From the NCBI GenBank assembly GCA_964019335.1, contig OZ025650.1:124001-188000 (forward strand): a stretch of DNA of 64,000 bases. Reading direction: 5' to 3'. Under the pieces are notes generated by a model that made no database searches, had not been told where the DNA came from, and saw nothing but the letters and a program-made list of their open reading frames with translations. The translations under genes were made by a program, and so were the position numbers. The DNA is from Diplonema japonicum (lineage: Eukaryota > Protista > Euglenozoa: Diplonemea). This document shows, in pieces, positions 32,040 to 43,427 of the stretch (position 1 is its first letter; each line of letters opens with the position of its first letter).

Positions 32040-35000
32040 CTAATATTCCCCCGGTCCGGGGGTAGCGTCTGCAGTGTACTCTGCCCTTCTTCCTGTCATC
32101 ATCGCAAACCTGCCTGTCGCTGCGCGTGACGACTGCAACGGGACGGCGTTGTACTCGTTGGGTGCCGGGGTGGGGTCTGGCTTGGGGGGCTCTCTTTTCC
32201 TGCCGATTGTGAAGCTGGGGCCCACGGGAGGCTTCAGGTCGTAGTACCCAAGGCCCGGTTCTACAGGTTTGTCTTTAGGCCTCGGTGCCATAGTGTGACT
32301 GGGTGCATTTGCACCAAGAGGTACGGCTTTATAGTTGCTCCCTGGACCCGGTCCGTTCTCCTCCCTCTTAACGGGGCGCGGTGGCCTCCCCATCGCGGGC
32401 CCTCGTACTGCCCTCTCAGGTAGTTTGTAGCTGCCTGGACCAGGGTTGCCAGTTTCCCCTGCCTGCATCTTTGCGCCAGGCTGTACAATTGGCTTCTGGT
32501 ATTTTCCATGCATTGACACCTTCGGTACGCTGCTCCCAGGTTGGACCTCACGGTGGTACGCCCCCGGCCCTGGGTGTTGGGACTCCCCGGGCATCACCTT
32601 TCCTCCTGGCTGCACGACCGCCTTCTGGTTTTTTCCATATATTGACACCTTCGGCGCATCATCCCCTAGTTTGACCTCACGGTGGTATGCTCCCGGCCCT
32701 GGGTGTTGTGACTCCCCGGGCATCACCTTCCCGCCTGGCTGCACGACCGTCTTTTGGTTATTTCCGTATATTGAAATCTTCGGTGCGTCATCCCCTAGTT
32801 TGACCTCACGGTGGTATGCGCCTGGGCCGGGGTTCTCTATTTCACCTTGAGGCATCTTCTTACCCGGCTGAAGAACGTTCGTTAGTTCTCTACCGAGGAT
32901 AGACACTTTCGGTGCGTTGCTCCCCATCTGCACTTCATGATGATATGTGCCAGGTCCAGGTTCCACGTCAAAGACTGGGTCACGTCTGCCTTCCATTTTT
33001 AGTGTCACAGATCGTGAGCCAGGGTTGCCTATTGACATTGATGTGACTTCGCTGTGATAGTGCCCCGGGCCCGGCATTGCGATGTGCTCCACTCCCAGCT
33101 CCGCCAACTTCTCTGCAATGGTAAAGGAAGCCACATCACTGCCTATCACTTTTGGGTTGTGGTACGCTCCAGGCCCTGGCTGCTGGACAGCCTCTGCACT
33201 GGGATCCAATGAGCTCTTGCCAACCTTCCCCAGAATAGTCACGCCCTTAGCCTTCTCAGAGACCACCATACGAGCATTATAATGCCCGGGACCCGGAGCA
33301 CTCGATCCCGCAGGTTCTGTCGTCCGCTGTCCAAGGGTGATAGAGGGTCCTGTTTCTTCCACAGTACAGTAGTGGCCTGGGCCCGGGTTTTCAGCTGCTA
33401 GCGGTTCGTTTAGTAGCTTCCCTATCGTGACCTTTGGCCCTGCCTCACCAGTCTCCAAGTCATACGACCCAGGGCCTGGCCCATCAAGGCGGGGTGCTTC
33501 ATGTAATCTTGTTGATATTGTAACCTTAGGCCCACCAGGCTCGCTCCTCAGGTCATAGTTGCCAGGTCCTGGCACGTTGTTTGCGGGCCCGAAGACGCTG
33601 ACTTTTTCATATGCTCCGATCGAAACAGAGGGGCCATGCTCGGGAACTACCTCATACGCACCAGGACCGGGCACCTCCGATGTCCTTTCGGTAGTCCTGC
33701 CCGTCTTAGGGATGACGACACCGTGTTCTAGGGTTTTCTCTTCATGAGCATACGTACCTGGTCCAGGTGTGCTGTCAATCTTCTCAGACGCCCTTGGCGC
33801 CGTGCCTATCACATGCTCTGCCTTAGTATCTCTCACTACCACATCATATGCACCAGGGCCTGGTACACTGCTGCTCTGGATTTTAGTCCTAGCAGAATCG
33901 CCAATGACTGCAGCAACACCTTCAGAAAGCTCTTTCGGTTCGTAAGTACCAGGTCCAGGGGTGTCACCAGCCAACCATATGTGCCCCCGTGACTCCGTCC
34001 CGATCACAGCACCCTCAAGGTTATTACCCCCCTGTGCTTCATAAGCTCCAGGACCAGGCACATCAGATGCGCCAGCTGCGGGATCCTTCCTGTCTTCCTT
34101 GCCCATTGCACCGCCAACCACCTTCCGCTTCGCCATCGCATCATAAGCACCTGGCCCCGGTAAATCCTCCATCCTGTCCTCCCCTCGCGCTGCTGTCCCT
34201 ATCTTCACATTAGGGCCCTCGTCTTTGACGGTGACGTTGTAGCTTCCTGGTCCTGGAATGGCATCAGGTCGCGTATCCGGCAGCCTACCTAAAATGCTGA
34301 ATGCTTTCTCATCATGAGGCATGTCAAGTGAATAAGTACCGGGGCCTGGGGTATCCGTTGCTTGAGCTGCAGGCCGTGTGGCTGTCCCCATCACAACATC
34401 ATGTGCCGTACTGCGGATGATAGCATCATATTGCCCAGGTCCAGGGACGTCAGTTTTCTGTGGTGCAGGTGAACGACTTGTCACCAAGGCTGCAGGTCCA
34501 GATGACAAGTTTGGCACGTCATAAGCCCCTGGACCAAGGTCTGAGACCATCGCCTCCTTTACACGCTGCTCTGTTCCAAACACGACTGTTGCCCTTGGCG
34601 CTGCATCTTGCAGGGTGTACGTGCCTGGGCCTGGCACTCTGTTCGTAGGCTCCTCCAGTCGTCTGCCACCGATAGAATATGCGGGTCCCTGATTGCTGTC
34701 CAAGTGCTGGTAAGCTCCAGGTCCGGGAACGTCAGTCCCATGAATCGATTCACTTCGTGTGGCTGTTCCCGCAGAGAATGCAGGGCCACTATCCAGCTTC
34801 ACAATGTCGTAGGCGCCGGGGCCTGGAACGTTAGGTCGCGTAGGCTCAGCAATCCTCCCCGTTATGGTGGCTGCGGTGCCATTTTCTGCCGTCACTGTAC
34901 TGTCGTAGGTACCAGGGCCGGGGACTGCATTGATGTCATGCAGCACGCGTTGCGTCGTCCCAATGACGACACCCTTTGCGCTGGGGTCTGCCAACACTTG

Positions 35001-37589
35001 CATGTATGCACCAGGGCCTGGTACTTCAGTTGTGGTTTGCTGGTCTCTCCTCTCTGCCATCAAACCCCCTGTAGTGTCTTTAGGCACCACAAGCTCATAG
35101 GTTCCTGGACCTGGTATGTCAGACGACTGAACTATCTCGCCCCTTCTAGCAGTGCCCATGACTGGTGCGTTTGTCTGGTCTGGCACGATGGCTGCATACT
35201 GCCCAGGACCAGGTGTGTTTGATGTCCGCGGGTCCGGCAGCCTTCCTGCGATCAACACGCCATTACTACGTTCCTCCTGCAGGTCGTATGCACCAGGACC
35301 AGGCACGTCAGGTACATGGGCAGATGAACGCACTGCCGTCCCCATCACAGTTTGCGCACCTGCCGTGCCTCCAGGCAGATCATAGTCACCAGGACCAGGG
35401 CCTTCTGCCACAGCTTCTTGTTGTCTACCTTGCATTGTAAACCCGCCTTTTTTCTTCTCGTCTTGATAATAGGCACCTGGGCCGGGTGTTTCAGTAATGG
35501 CTTCTTTCTTGCGAACTTCAGTCCCTATAACGGTTGCTTGGGTGCGTGACTGGACGATATGCTCATAAGCGCCGGGCCCAGGCACATTGCTAGAATCAGT
35601 GGCACGAGGCGCATCCTTCCCGAACGAATAAGCAATTCCCTGCTCAGTCACATGGGTATAAGCACCCGGTCCTGGCACAGCACTGGACTCAGGCTCGGGA
35701 TGGGATCTACTAGTACCGAAGGTAACAGAGGGTACGTTGTTCTGTATTTCAACTTCGTAGTGACCAGGCCCCGGGTTGTCATTCTTAGGTACAGACCTCC
35801 CTGAAAAGCCGAACGTGGGTGCATTAGTAGTGCTTGTTTCAAGTGCTTCGTACGTCCCTGGACCCGGGTTCATGTTAGCGGGCTCTTGCTGCTGCCTCAT
35901 GGCCGTACCGATCATCACGCCCTGCCTCTTACCTTCCTGGTCGATGGTGTACGACCCTGGTCCTGGGGTGCCAGACGCTATCACTTGCTGCCTACCTGTC
36001 GTAGCATTGCCGATGAGCACTGCGGGCACTTGCTCGCGCACTTCAACATCATAAGCGCCGGGGCCAGGTATAGATGACAGTGCCACAAGATCAGGTTCCA
36101 GTCCTCTTGAAGTGAGAGCCCCATTCCAAGGTAACGTAGTTGAAGGCTTCTCCGGCTCGGTAATATCGTAGGCACCAGGTCCGGGGTTCTTCGTGGGTTC
36201 TGCCTTCTTGCGTCCTGTCGAAGCACAGGGCATAGTGAATGACTGCACAGGCTTGGGGGCCTCTGCGTCATAGGCACCAGGGCCCGGGACACCGTTCTTC
36301 TTTGCTATGCTTTCGATCTTTTTCGAGGTTCCTATAACGGGCGCGGTGCTTTCCTCTTGCGGGAGCTTAGCGTCGTAAGCGCCAGGGCCGGGTGACTTGG
36401 TCCTGCGTTTTGTCTCCTTGGGGGCAGTCCCGAACACATGGCCGTGTTGAGCAGGGCTCCCTTGTGCTGCATCATAAGCACCAGGTCCTGGAGCTTCGGA
36501 TAGCGCTGCATCTGTGATCTTCATCTTCCTTGGCTCAGTCCCAAAGTGTAGTGTTGTCACGTCGTTCGCTTCTGTAGTGTCATAAGTGCCGGGTCCAGGA
36601 GAGTGTGTGCGCTTTTTATCCTTCCGCGGTGCCATGCTGTAGTCTCCCTTGATCTTGTTCTCGACCTCCGGTGCGTATGAGCCAGGACCGGGCTTATTTT
36701 CTACTTTACTCTTTGCAGCTACTTTTTTGATGCTTGTTCCAAAGGAAAACCCTTTCTCTATTTCAGAAACAGTAGCAGCAACGTAGTGACCAGGCCCTGG
36801 GCTGGTGTCACGGTTACGTGTTTCGAGCCTGCCGGTGCCTGACGTGCCCCATCCGTTAGGGATCTCTTTCAGTGGCTTCCGCTCCTCAGAGACATACGCA
36901 CCTGGGCCTGGTACAGGCTCATCAGGAACCTTTTTCGATTTGACCTTCTTCTTGGGGTCCCGCCATTTCCCGTTGCTGCGCTTCTCATTGGGGTGCTCAT
37001 AGTTCCCAGGGCCTGGCGTAGCGGATCGCTCTTTGGGAAGTCGTGGGGCCGTTCCCATTGTCACCGATGCAGCTTTCTCCTTATTCAAGTTCTCGTAAGT
37101 GCCAGGTCCAGGTTGCGGTTCTTCAGGCTTTTTCCTGCTGACAGTCGGCTGTCGCATTTTTACAGGGGATGGGCTCCGCTTTGTGATGGCTTTCTCGTTC
37201 ACTTGGTAGTGCCCAGGGCCCAGGGCCTTAGTATTTCCTGACTTTTTCTGCTTAGAAGGAGGCGGGATTCTGCACGTCCTTGCGGAGAAGGGCAGCGCAG
37301 GGTCGTAGTGGCCGACCCCGGGCGTGGCTTCTGCTTCCTTTCTGAGCTCCGCGTCAACCTTAGCGCATGCTTTCGTAAACGACCACTTCTCGGCCCGCGC
37401 ACCCTTGCTCTTATCTTTCACCTTGCCGTAGTCGATGAGTGCGGTGTCGACAATGCCTTCCAGCACCTGCTTGAAGAGCGCGTCCGCAGCGGGGCTCATA
37501 TCAGTGGGGGCCTGGTCCGCATCGACGCCAATGCCACGCCGTGACCTTGTTGCAGCTGTCTCATTGCTGTGTAGCCGGGCAATGGCCAT
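32040..37589 (-). CDS. Giant SHIPPO-1/ODF3-type PGPGxY repeat protein (flagellar/microtubule-associated)
   Basis: About 50 PGPGxY motifs at ~30-40 aa spacing over 1849 aa. Confidence 0.92.
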   Translation of the reverse strand: MAIARLHSNETAATRSRRGIGVDADQAPTDMSPAADALFKQVLEGIVDTALIDYGKVKDKSKGARAEKWSFTKACAKVDAELRKEAEATPGVGHYDPALPFSARTCRIPPPSKQKKSGNTKALGPGHYQVNEKAITKRSPSPVKMRQPTVSRKKPEEPQPGPGTYENLNKEKAASVTMGTAPRLPKERSATPGPGNYEHPNEKRSNGKWRDPKKKVKSKKVPDEPVPGPGAYVSEERKPLKEIPNGWGTSGTGRLETRNRDTSPGPGHYVAATVSEIEKGFSFGTSIKKVAAKSKVENKPGPGSYAPEVENKIKGDYSMAPRKDKKRTHSPGPGTYDTTEANDVTTLHFGTEPRKMKITDAALSEAPGPGAYDAAQGSPAQHGHVFGTAPKETKRRTKSPGPGAYDAKLPQEESTAPVIGTSKKIESIAKKNGVPGPGAYDAEAPKPVQSFTMPCASTGRKKAEPTKNPGPGAYDITEPEKPSTTLPWNGALTSRGLEPDLVALSSIPGPGAYDVEVREQVPAVLIGNATTGRQQVIASGTPGPGSYTIDQEGKRQGVMIGTAMRQQQEPANMNPGPGTYEALETSTTNAPTFGFSGRSVPKNDNPGPGHYEVEIQNNVPSVTFGTSRSHPEPESSAVPGPGAYTHVTEQGIAYSFGKDAPRATDSSNVPGPGAYEHIVQSRTQATVIGTEVRKKEAITETPGPGAYYQDEKKKGGFTMQGRQQEAVAEGPGPGDYDLPGGTAGAQTVMGTAVRSSAHVPDVPGPGAYDLQEERSNGVLIAGRLPDPRTSNTPGPGQYAAIVPDQTNAPVMGTARRGEIVQSSDIPGPGTYELVVPKDTTGGLMAERRDQQTTTEVPGPGAYMQVLADPSAKGVVIGTTQRVLHDINAVPGPGTYDSTVTAENGTAATITGRIAEPTRPNVPGPGAYDIVKLDSGPAFSAGTATRSESIHGTDVPGPGAYQHLDSNQGPAYSIGGRRLEEPTNRVPGPGTYTLQDAAPRATVVFGTEQRVKEAMVSDLGPGAYDVPNLSSGPAALVTSRSPAPQKTDVPGPGQYDAIIRSTAHDVVMGTATRPAAQATDTPGPGTYSLDMPHDEKAFSILGRLPDTRPDAIPGPGSYNVTVKDEGPNVKIGTAARGEDRMEDLPGPGAYDAMAKRKVVGGAMGKEDRKDPAAGASDVPGPGAYEAQGGNNLEGAVIGTESRGHIWLAGDTPGPGTYEPKELSEGVAAVIGDSARTKIQSSSVPGPGAYDVVVRDTKAEHVIGTAPRASEKIDSTPGPGTYAHEEKTLEHGVVIPKTGRTTERTSEVPGPGAYEVVPEHGPSVSIGAYEKVSVFGPANNVPGPGNYDLRSEPGGPKVTISTRLHEAPRLDGPGPGSYDLETGEAGPKVTIGKLLNEPLAAENPGPGHYCTVEETGPSITLGQRTTEPAGSSAPGPGHYNARMVVSEKAKGVTILGKVGKSSLDPSAEAVQQPGPGAYHNPKVIGSDVASFTIAEKLAELGVEHIAMPGPGHYHSEVTSMSIGNPGSRSVTLKMEGRRDPVFDVEPGPGTYHHEVQMGSNAPKVSILGRELTNVLQPGKKMPQGEIENPGPGAYHREVKLGDDAPKISIYGNNQKTVVQPGGKVMPGESQHPGPGAYHREVKLGDDAPKVSIYGKNQKAVVQPGGKVMPGESQHPGPGAYHREVQPGSSVPKVSMHGKYQKPIVQPGAKMQAGETGNPGPGSYKLPERAVRGPAMGRPPRPVKREENGPGPGSNYKAVPLGANAPSHTMAPRPKDKPVEPGLGYYDLKPPVGPSFTIGRKREPPKPDPTPAPNEYNAVPLQSSRAATGRFAMMTGRRAEYTADATPGPGEY
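32460..32850. repeat. 129-bp tandem repeat (~3 copies) inside the SHIPPO gene
   Basis: gacctcacggtggta recurs at 32544, 32673 and 32802, encoding a 43-aa unit. Confidence 0.9.
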
Positions 37590-37652
37590 TCATGTGCCTG
37601 TTGCATGATTTCTATGTCCCGCGAAAAAAAGAAGAAAACCAATAAATACAAC

Positions 37653-38540
37653 TCACCAGGATGTAGGAGGGGCCTGTGTTTCGTCCATTCCGAGGGTCTG
37701 CATCTCGATTTCGTCTATGAAAGGGTCAACGCAGGGGGAGGCACGTGTGTCGGGGGTACATTCGAAGGAGGGATGGTCCCGAATACCGTCCCATGCAAGA
37801 CGGGAGGAGGGGGACAAGTCGAGAAGACCGTCGATGAGAGAGCGGAGCCGAGGGGGGAGGGGCGTGAGGTCGATCGGAGTACCGAGAAGGGACTTTGCCT
37901 TGTCCTCAGAGGGAATGTACCCGTGAGGGGGCTTTCCCATGGCTAGTTCGTAAAGGAGAATACCTAAGCACCACCAATCAATGGCAAAACCATCAGGGCC
38001 TTGTGAAAGGACCTCCGGTGCCCGAGCGTGGTACGCACCGTAGCCTGGGGCGATGCCGTCGGCCGTTATTTCTGTACAAAATCCCATATCGATGAGGTAG
38101 ACTTCACCTTGTTTGTTGATCACAACATTGTCAGCCTTCAAATCACGGTATACATGGCCTTTGTGGTGGACCTCTTGTAGTATGTTCGCAAGGCTTCGGG
38201 CTATGTGAAGGGTGAGGTCCTCAGGAAGCTGTGCTGCTGCGTAGAATAGTTTCTCTAGCGAACACCCACAGGCGAACCTCTTTAGTATGTACAGCTTTTC
38301 GTCGTCCTTGAACGTTTTTACAAGCCCGGGCACACCCTTGCACTCCCCAATCTTCTCCATCGCTGTCTTCTCGTTCAGCAGCGCGCCACAATCAGCTATG
38401 CTGCACTCCTTCAGGCAGTACAACTTCCCTTCCACGCAGAATCCATAGATAGTCCCCTTGCTGCCTCTTGCCACCACTGTGTCACGTGGAATATCTTCGA
38501 GGGTTAATTCTGACAATGGTTTTGCTACTTTGCTGTCCAT
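37653..38540 (-). CDS. AGC/PKA-like Ser/Thr kinase, divergent
   Basis: YCLK, YRDLKADN, LIDMG, RAPE, DWWCLGILLYELAMG, IRDHPSF. Degenerate glycine loop ARGSKG. Confidence 0.88.
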   Translation of the reverse strand: MDSKVAKPLSELTLEDIPRDTVVARGSKGTIYGFCVEGKLYCLKECSIADCGALLNEKTAMEKIGECKGVPGLVKTFKDDEKLYILKRFACGCSLEKLFYAAAQLPEDLTLHIARSLANILQEVHHKGHVYRDLKADNVVINKQGEVYLIDMGFCTEITADGIAPGYGAYHARAPEVLSQGPDGFAIDWWCLGILLYELAMGKPPHGYIPSEDKAKSLLGTPIDLTPLPPRLRSLIDGLLDLSPSSRLAWDGIRDHPSFECTPDTRASPCVDPFIDEIEMQTLGMDETQAPPTSW

Positions 38541-38786
38541 TTCTTTTGTTTCCCCCCACTCCTTGGGAACGGGTTTTTTAATTTCATCAATTTTTTAAGG
38601 GGGGGAAAAAAAAAGGACCAAAAAAAAAAAAGATTAGGTCAGGGAAGTAAAACAAGACAAAGAAAATGTGGGTTGGAGTCTAAAGAGGGACACTAAAAAA
38701 ATGATTTTTGGGTAGGGGAAGGGGGACAAAAAAAGAAAAAAAAAGGGGGGGGAAGAAAACGTGATTTTTTTAAAGAAAAAAAACAT

Positions 38787-39212
38787 CTACTTGCTTGAGC
38801 CCTTGAGGAGGGTTTCGATTTCGTTCTTGAAGTCCTCCTGCACCTTGTTTACGGCCATCTTCTGAGTCTCATAGTCTTTGTTCAATCGGGAAATTTCTTT
38901 GTCCAAGGTTTTGATTTCGTTGTTGATGTATTCAAGTCGCTTGGTCACAATAGCTTTTGCGTCATCGGGCTCCTGGGACACGAGAACGGGCCCCACCAAC
39001 TTGTACACCTGCGCCTCTTCCTCCATCAGCCCCAGCTCTTGATTTACCATGTCATTTTCTTCCTTCTGCAGCTGCAGGGTTTGGTTCCTCTGCTGCATTT
39101 TCGTCATCTTCTTCTGAATATCCTTCACCTCTTGGCTCTCCTTGTTCATCCTTTGCTGGTAATATTGCTTCCTCGCCTCAGGAAGCGGGTTCACAGGTTG
39201 CGGCTGTGCCAT
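38787..39212 (-). CDS. PFDN6: Prefoldin subunit 6 (beta type)
   Basis: QKEENDMVNQEL...VYKLVGPVLVSQE..AKAIVTKRLEYINNEI. Start MAQPQ at 39212. Confidence 0.92.
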   Translation of the reverse strand: MAQPQPVNPLPEARKQYYQQRMNKESQEVKDIQKKMTKMQQRNQTLQLQKEENDMVNQELGLMEEEAQVYKLVGPVLVSQEPDDAKAIVTKRLEYINNEIKTLDKEISRLNKDYETQKMAVNKVQEDFKNEIETLLKGSSK

Positions 39213-40415
39213 TTTCTTTTTTTTTTTTTTACTTTTGTTTTTCCCCTGCACTACTTGTAAAAGCGGGATGGGGCAGGAAAAAAAATGAAATCATCAACAA
39301 GGAAAATGGGGGGGGCTAAAAAAATGAAAAATTATTTTTTTTTCCTCTTCTTTTTGTTACCCCTCTCTCGTCTCCCTTCCTCTCTCTTTTTTATTCTTTT
39401 TTTTTTCTATTATATTATAGGAGAAAGGACGGTCCGATTTATGGGCTGAGTTGTTATTTCACTACCTTTCTTCTTAACCCTTTTTCTTCTAACATGCGCC
39501 GTGTCACAGGGAGGGGGGTGAAAGTTTAACAAAAAAGGAAAAATCAAAAAAAAAAAGAGAAAAAAAAGCAGAGTGGGGAAAAAACAGAAAGGGATAAGAA
39601 AGACAGTCTCTCCATCATTAACACCTTGCAACGGCTTTTGTTTCCTTCTTTGTTTTATTTTTCTTTCTTCTTTGTCCTTCTTTGTTGCAGTGTCACTTTT
39701 TTTTTTTTTTTTTAAAGACAGTGTTTCTTTGTATTTTTTTTTGTGAAAGCGGCGCGCTAGAGAAAGGGAGGGAAAAGAAGGGAGGAGAGGGGGGGGAATA
39801 AAAAGTTGAGGAAGGAAAAAAAAAAAAAAAATAGAGAGAGCACCACTCTCTCGGGAAGGGGGGGGGGAAAAGAAAGACAAGGATATGGCAATACAAAACA
39901 GGGTACAAGCCGCGTCATTGATAAGCGGCGAATTAAAAAAAAAGGGGGGGAGGGGGAAGCGGGAGGGAATTAAAAAAAAAACACACACATGCTTCGCTCG
40001 CCTTCGTCAGTCCTCGTCAGCCTTACTGACCTATTAGGGCTACATAGCAGTCTAAGCTGAGCCACAACCCAACACGCGCCCTGTGAGAAAATCCAGAGCT
40101 TGAGTTAAACTTGACTCATAAAGGTTTCAATAGTTTCTTTTTCTTTTTTTTCTTGAGAGGGGTTTCTTCTTCTTCTCCCCCTTTTTGACACGTTGGATTT
40201 TTTTCTTTTTTTTTTTTTTTTGAAAAATTTCCTGTTTCTTCCTTTTTTTTCTTGTCAGCACAACATACAATGGTCAGACTAAAAATTAATGAAATCTGGA
40301 GGGGGGAGGGGAGGTCACAGATCACGTTGGAGGGTATTTTTTTTCTTCTCTTTTCTTTTTTGCATGTGTCCAAATGCCTCACATCTGAGCAGTAGACAGC
40401 AGCTGTATTTTGTGT

Positions 40416-40458
<43 letters not shown>

Positions 40459-40535
40459 ACACTTGGCTTTTATTATTCTTCCTTTTGAATTCGGTGGCCA
40501 AGGGAAGGAGAAAGGAAATTTGCTAGAATTGCTTT

Positions 40536-40574
<39 letters not shown>

Positions 40575-41240
40575 GGAAGGGGGGGAAAAAAAAGAACATT
40601 TTTTTTTTCATTCTTTTTGAAAGCCGAACCCCGAGAGTCATTCTAAATGAGGCCCGACCCGAATCGCTCTCAGAGTAAGAGGAACTGGGCCGTTTTTTTT
40701 TTTTTTTCTTCTTTTTTCTTTTTGCACGTGCCTGATAACAAGCCTGTGCATGTAGCAGCCCTCGGACCCCATGTTCAAGACGAGGCGTATACCCATTCTT
40801 GTAAAATGAAAAAAAGAAAAGCTGGGGGAGAAGGGAAAGGAGATAGTACAAATAAGTTTTCTTCCCCTTCTTCTATTTTCTTTCAACATAAATTTTATTC
40901 CCTCCACCATCCACCATTTTGCATTTAATCAGCTGCGAAAAAAAAAAAAATAAAACAAATACTGTAAAACAATAAATTACCAGAAGTAAAAAAAAACTTC
41001 CGGAGCTTCCGGTAATCTTTTTCCTCCGGAATTTAATTGTTTTACAGTAAATCGAGGAATAGTTAAAAAAAAAAAACAAAAAAAAATTATGGAGGAAACA
41101 ACAACCAACAACACAAGAAAAAAAAAGTGAAAGCGTTGTTGTCTCTTTTTTTATTTTTATATTAACAAAACAAAACACAAAAAACAAAGCAAAAAAAAAC
41201 AAAAAAAACAAAAACAAAAAAGATACAGTCTCACACATTC

Positions 41241-43427
41241 TCACAAATGCCTGGGGGGAGAGGCATGGAAGTCTGAGAAGTTCAAACAATTGAGAACGCC
41301 TGAAACGTTTTTAGAAGCAATAGCCACCTCCAGATCGTGGAGGGGCACATTGCTGGATGTAGTACGGGCGAGTGCAAGAAGGCGTTCGACCTTACCTTGC
41401 AAAGTGTCAGCCGGCCCAGTGGACTGCCTGCGACGTGGGGTTTCCAGCTGATCAATAACAGCACCGATATTTACAAGATCTTTGCTGTCCTCTTCAGGGA
41501 TGTTGTTAAGAGTGATTGAGAACCTCCTGTCTCTCCGAGGGTGCACACCCTCAGTGTCGTCCATCAGCACAGATGCCACTGCTTCAGACATGCCGTCAAG
41601 CGCCGTGCACGTAGGTGGCTCGCATGGGATAATAAGCTCCACTCTGTTGCATTTCACAGGCGGTGTCACCGTCCCATCCAAGAAGCATGCATTGTCGCTC
41701 TCCTCATCAGACAACGACAGCTCTGTGATGCTAGGCGGTGCCGTCCTGCAGAACGCCATGACCGTCGGCTCCTCATCCTCAAACGCCACCGAGCTCCTCC
41801 TGTTGTTCACAAGGCTCTTCAACAACCTCTCTGTCTTCGGCTTTGGTTTCTTCGCTTTGGTCTCTTTCTCCTCCTTGTTCCGCCTCTTTTTCATCGAAAC
41901 GCTCTTCGTCGATGTGTCGGCCAGCCTGCTGAAGGTGTTGAATGTTGCCCTGTACTCCTTGTGCTTGGGGGGGTTGTACAAATTCACCACCTGCTCCGCG
42001 TCTTGGATCTTCCTCTTCCCCTTCTTGAAGTTGGCCTCTATCGTGTGTCTCTCGCCAAGGTACAAGAACCTCACCTTATCCCTCGTCTTCTTCTCTTCTT
42101 CTTCCATGCGTTCGGTCTTTGGCACCACCGTGGAGCCTCTCCTTGCCATGGAACCTCGCCTTGCCGTCAACGGTGTCGCCATGGAACCCCTCCTTGCGGT
42201 CAGAGGTGTTTTCCCCGACGGCCTGTGGACGGCCTCCGAAGGTCTGCGTGACGGCTTCCTTCCCACCTGCCCCGGGGTCGTGAACCTCCTGGCGCTTAGA
42301 TCCTTCTTAGCGGTGCTTGCAGATGTGAATCTCCGTTGCGGCTTCGCTGGGTCCTTCTTCGGGGTAGTCAGATCCACAGGCGATGATGTGAACTGCTCAG
42401 CGAAGGCCTGTGCGACCGCAGCCTCCTCCACATCGTCGTCCATGGACACATCTGTAGCAGACAGGTCGGTCGTCCCTTCTGTTTCCATCCCGGAGAGCTC
42501 CTGGATGCTCACGGAGCCTACGGGGTCGGTGAGGATCGAACCGAAAGTTTCCCCCAAAGAGCGGACCGAGTGCAGCAAGTAGTCATCGTCATCATCGTCA
42601 TCATCGTCCAAGTCAAAGGTGTGCAGTGCCGGAGGTGTCACAGCGCCCACAGCGATCACTGGGATCACTGGGATCACTGGGATGGCGGGGATCAAGGGCG
42701 TGATGGGGGCACTGGCTTCCTCCTTCCTGGCGTTGAGCTCTTTCCTAGCTAAGAACGAGCGGAAGACACGCTGGAGAGTGAGAATGGATGAAATCCTTTT
42801 TTTTATGAGCATTCTTTCCTTGTTGCCACGGTAGATGGACTGCATCCTGATGGTAGGAGGGCGTAGCATGGAGATCGTCTGCAACTTCTCCTTCAGACGG
42901 TACTGCAAAGCGTTGCGTGCAGTCGTTTCGGCGTCGGTGAGCTTCTCACGCATGTAGTCCTCTTCGGTGGACACGATGGAGGAGGCTTTGATGAGGGCAA
43001 GGGCTTCCTTACGGTCCTTGGTCATGATGGAGACGACCTTAGGCGGCGGGCGGTAGATGGTGCGTGTTTTGTTGAGGTCGACCTGTTCGGTGTACTTCCG
43101 GCGGAGGTAGTACACCCCAAGGGCAACGGCACCTAGTGTCATGAAGACGTAGAAAAGGCTGGAGACAGCCCACCACAGCATGAACCAAAGGGCACTACCA
43201 TCAGCCAGGCCTGCTAGGCTGGCGGTGTCAGTGCCACCTGTGGGCCTTCCTAAACTCACAAGACACTTCATGTGGAATCTAAAGAGTTCATTCAACTCCG
43301 CTTCGCTCATGTCCTGCATGCTCGGCAGCAAGCTGTCGTAGGCTTCGATCGCGTTCTGGACACTCCGCCCTTCAATAGCAGTAGCCAGTCCCACAACACC
43401 CGCCATCTTCGCAAGTAGAGGAGGCAT
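41241..43427 (-). CDS. Single-pass membrane protein with two IQ motifs and a disordered tail
   Basis: Signal-like N-terminus, TM segment WWAVSSLFYVFMTLGAVALGVYYL, IQ-like MQSIYRGNKER and LQRVFRSFLARK. Confidence 0.8.
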   Translation of the reverse strand: MPPLLAKMAGVVGLATAIEGRSVQNAIEAYDSLLPSMQDMSEAELNELFRFHMKCLVSLGRPTGGTDTASLAGLADGSALWFMLWWAVSSLFYVFMTLGAVALGVYYLRRKYTEQVDLNKTRTIYRPPPKVVSIMTKDRKEALALIKASSIVSTEEDYMREKLTDAETTARNALQYRLKEKLQTISMLRPPTIRMQSIYRGNKERMLIKKRISSILTLQRVFRSFLARKELNARKEEASAPITPLIPAIPVIPVIPVIAVGAVTPPALHTFDLDDDDDDDDDYLLHSVRSLGETFGSILTDPVGSVSIQELSGMETEGTTDLSATDVSMDDDVEEAAVAQAFAEQFTSSPVDLTTPKKDPAKPQRRFTSASTAKKDLSARRFTTPGQVGRKPSRRPSEAVHRPSGKTPLTARRGSMATPLTARRGSMARRGSTVVPKTERMEEEEKKTRDKVRFLYLGERHTIEANFKKGKRKIQDAEQVVNLYNPPKHKEYRATFNTFSRLADTSTKSVSMKKRRNKEEKETKAKKPKPKTERLLKSLVNNRRSSVAFEDEEPTVMAFCRTAPPSITELSLSDEESDNACFLDGTVTPPVKCNRVELIIPCEPPTCTALDGMSEAVASVLMDDTEGVHPRRDRRFSITLNNIPEEDSKDLVNIGAVIDQLETPRRRQSTGPADTLQGKVERLLALARTTSSNVPLHDLEVAIASKNVSGVLNCLNFSDFHASPPRHL

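Noticed and set aside
32040-37589. CRISPR-like repeat-spacer periodicity (ccaggaccagg motifs)
   Set aside because: Codon-degenerate coding repeats of PGPGxY in a eukaryotic ORF
37590-37656. Kinase-SHIPPO fusion via the GTGAGT donor
   Set aside because: The available acceptors give a stop or the wrong frame
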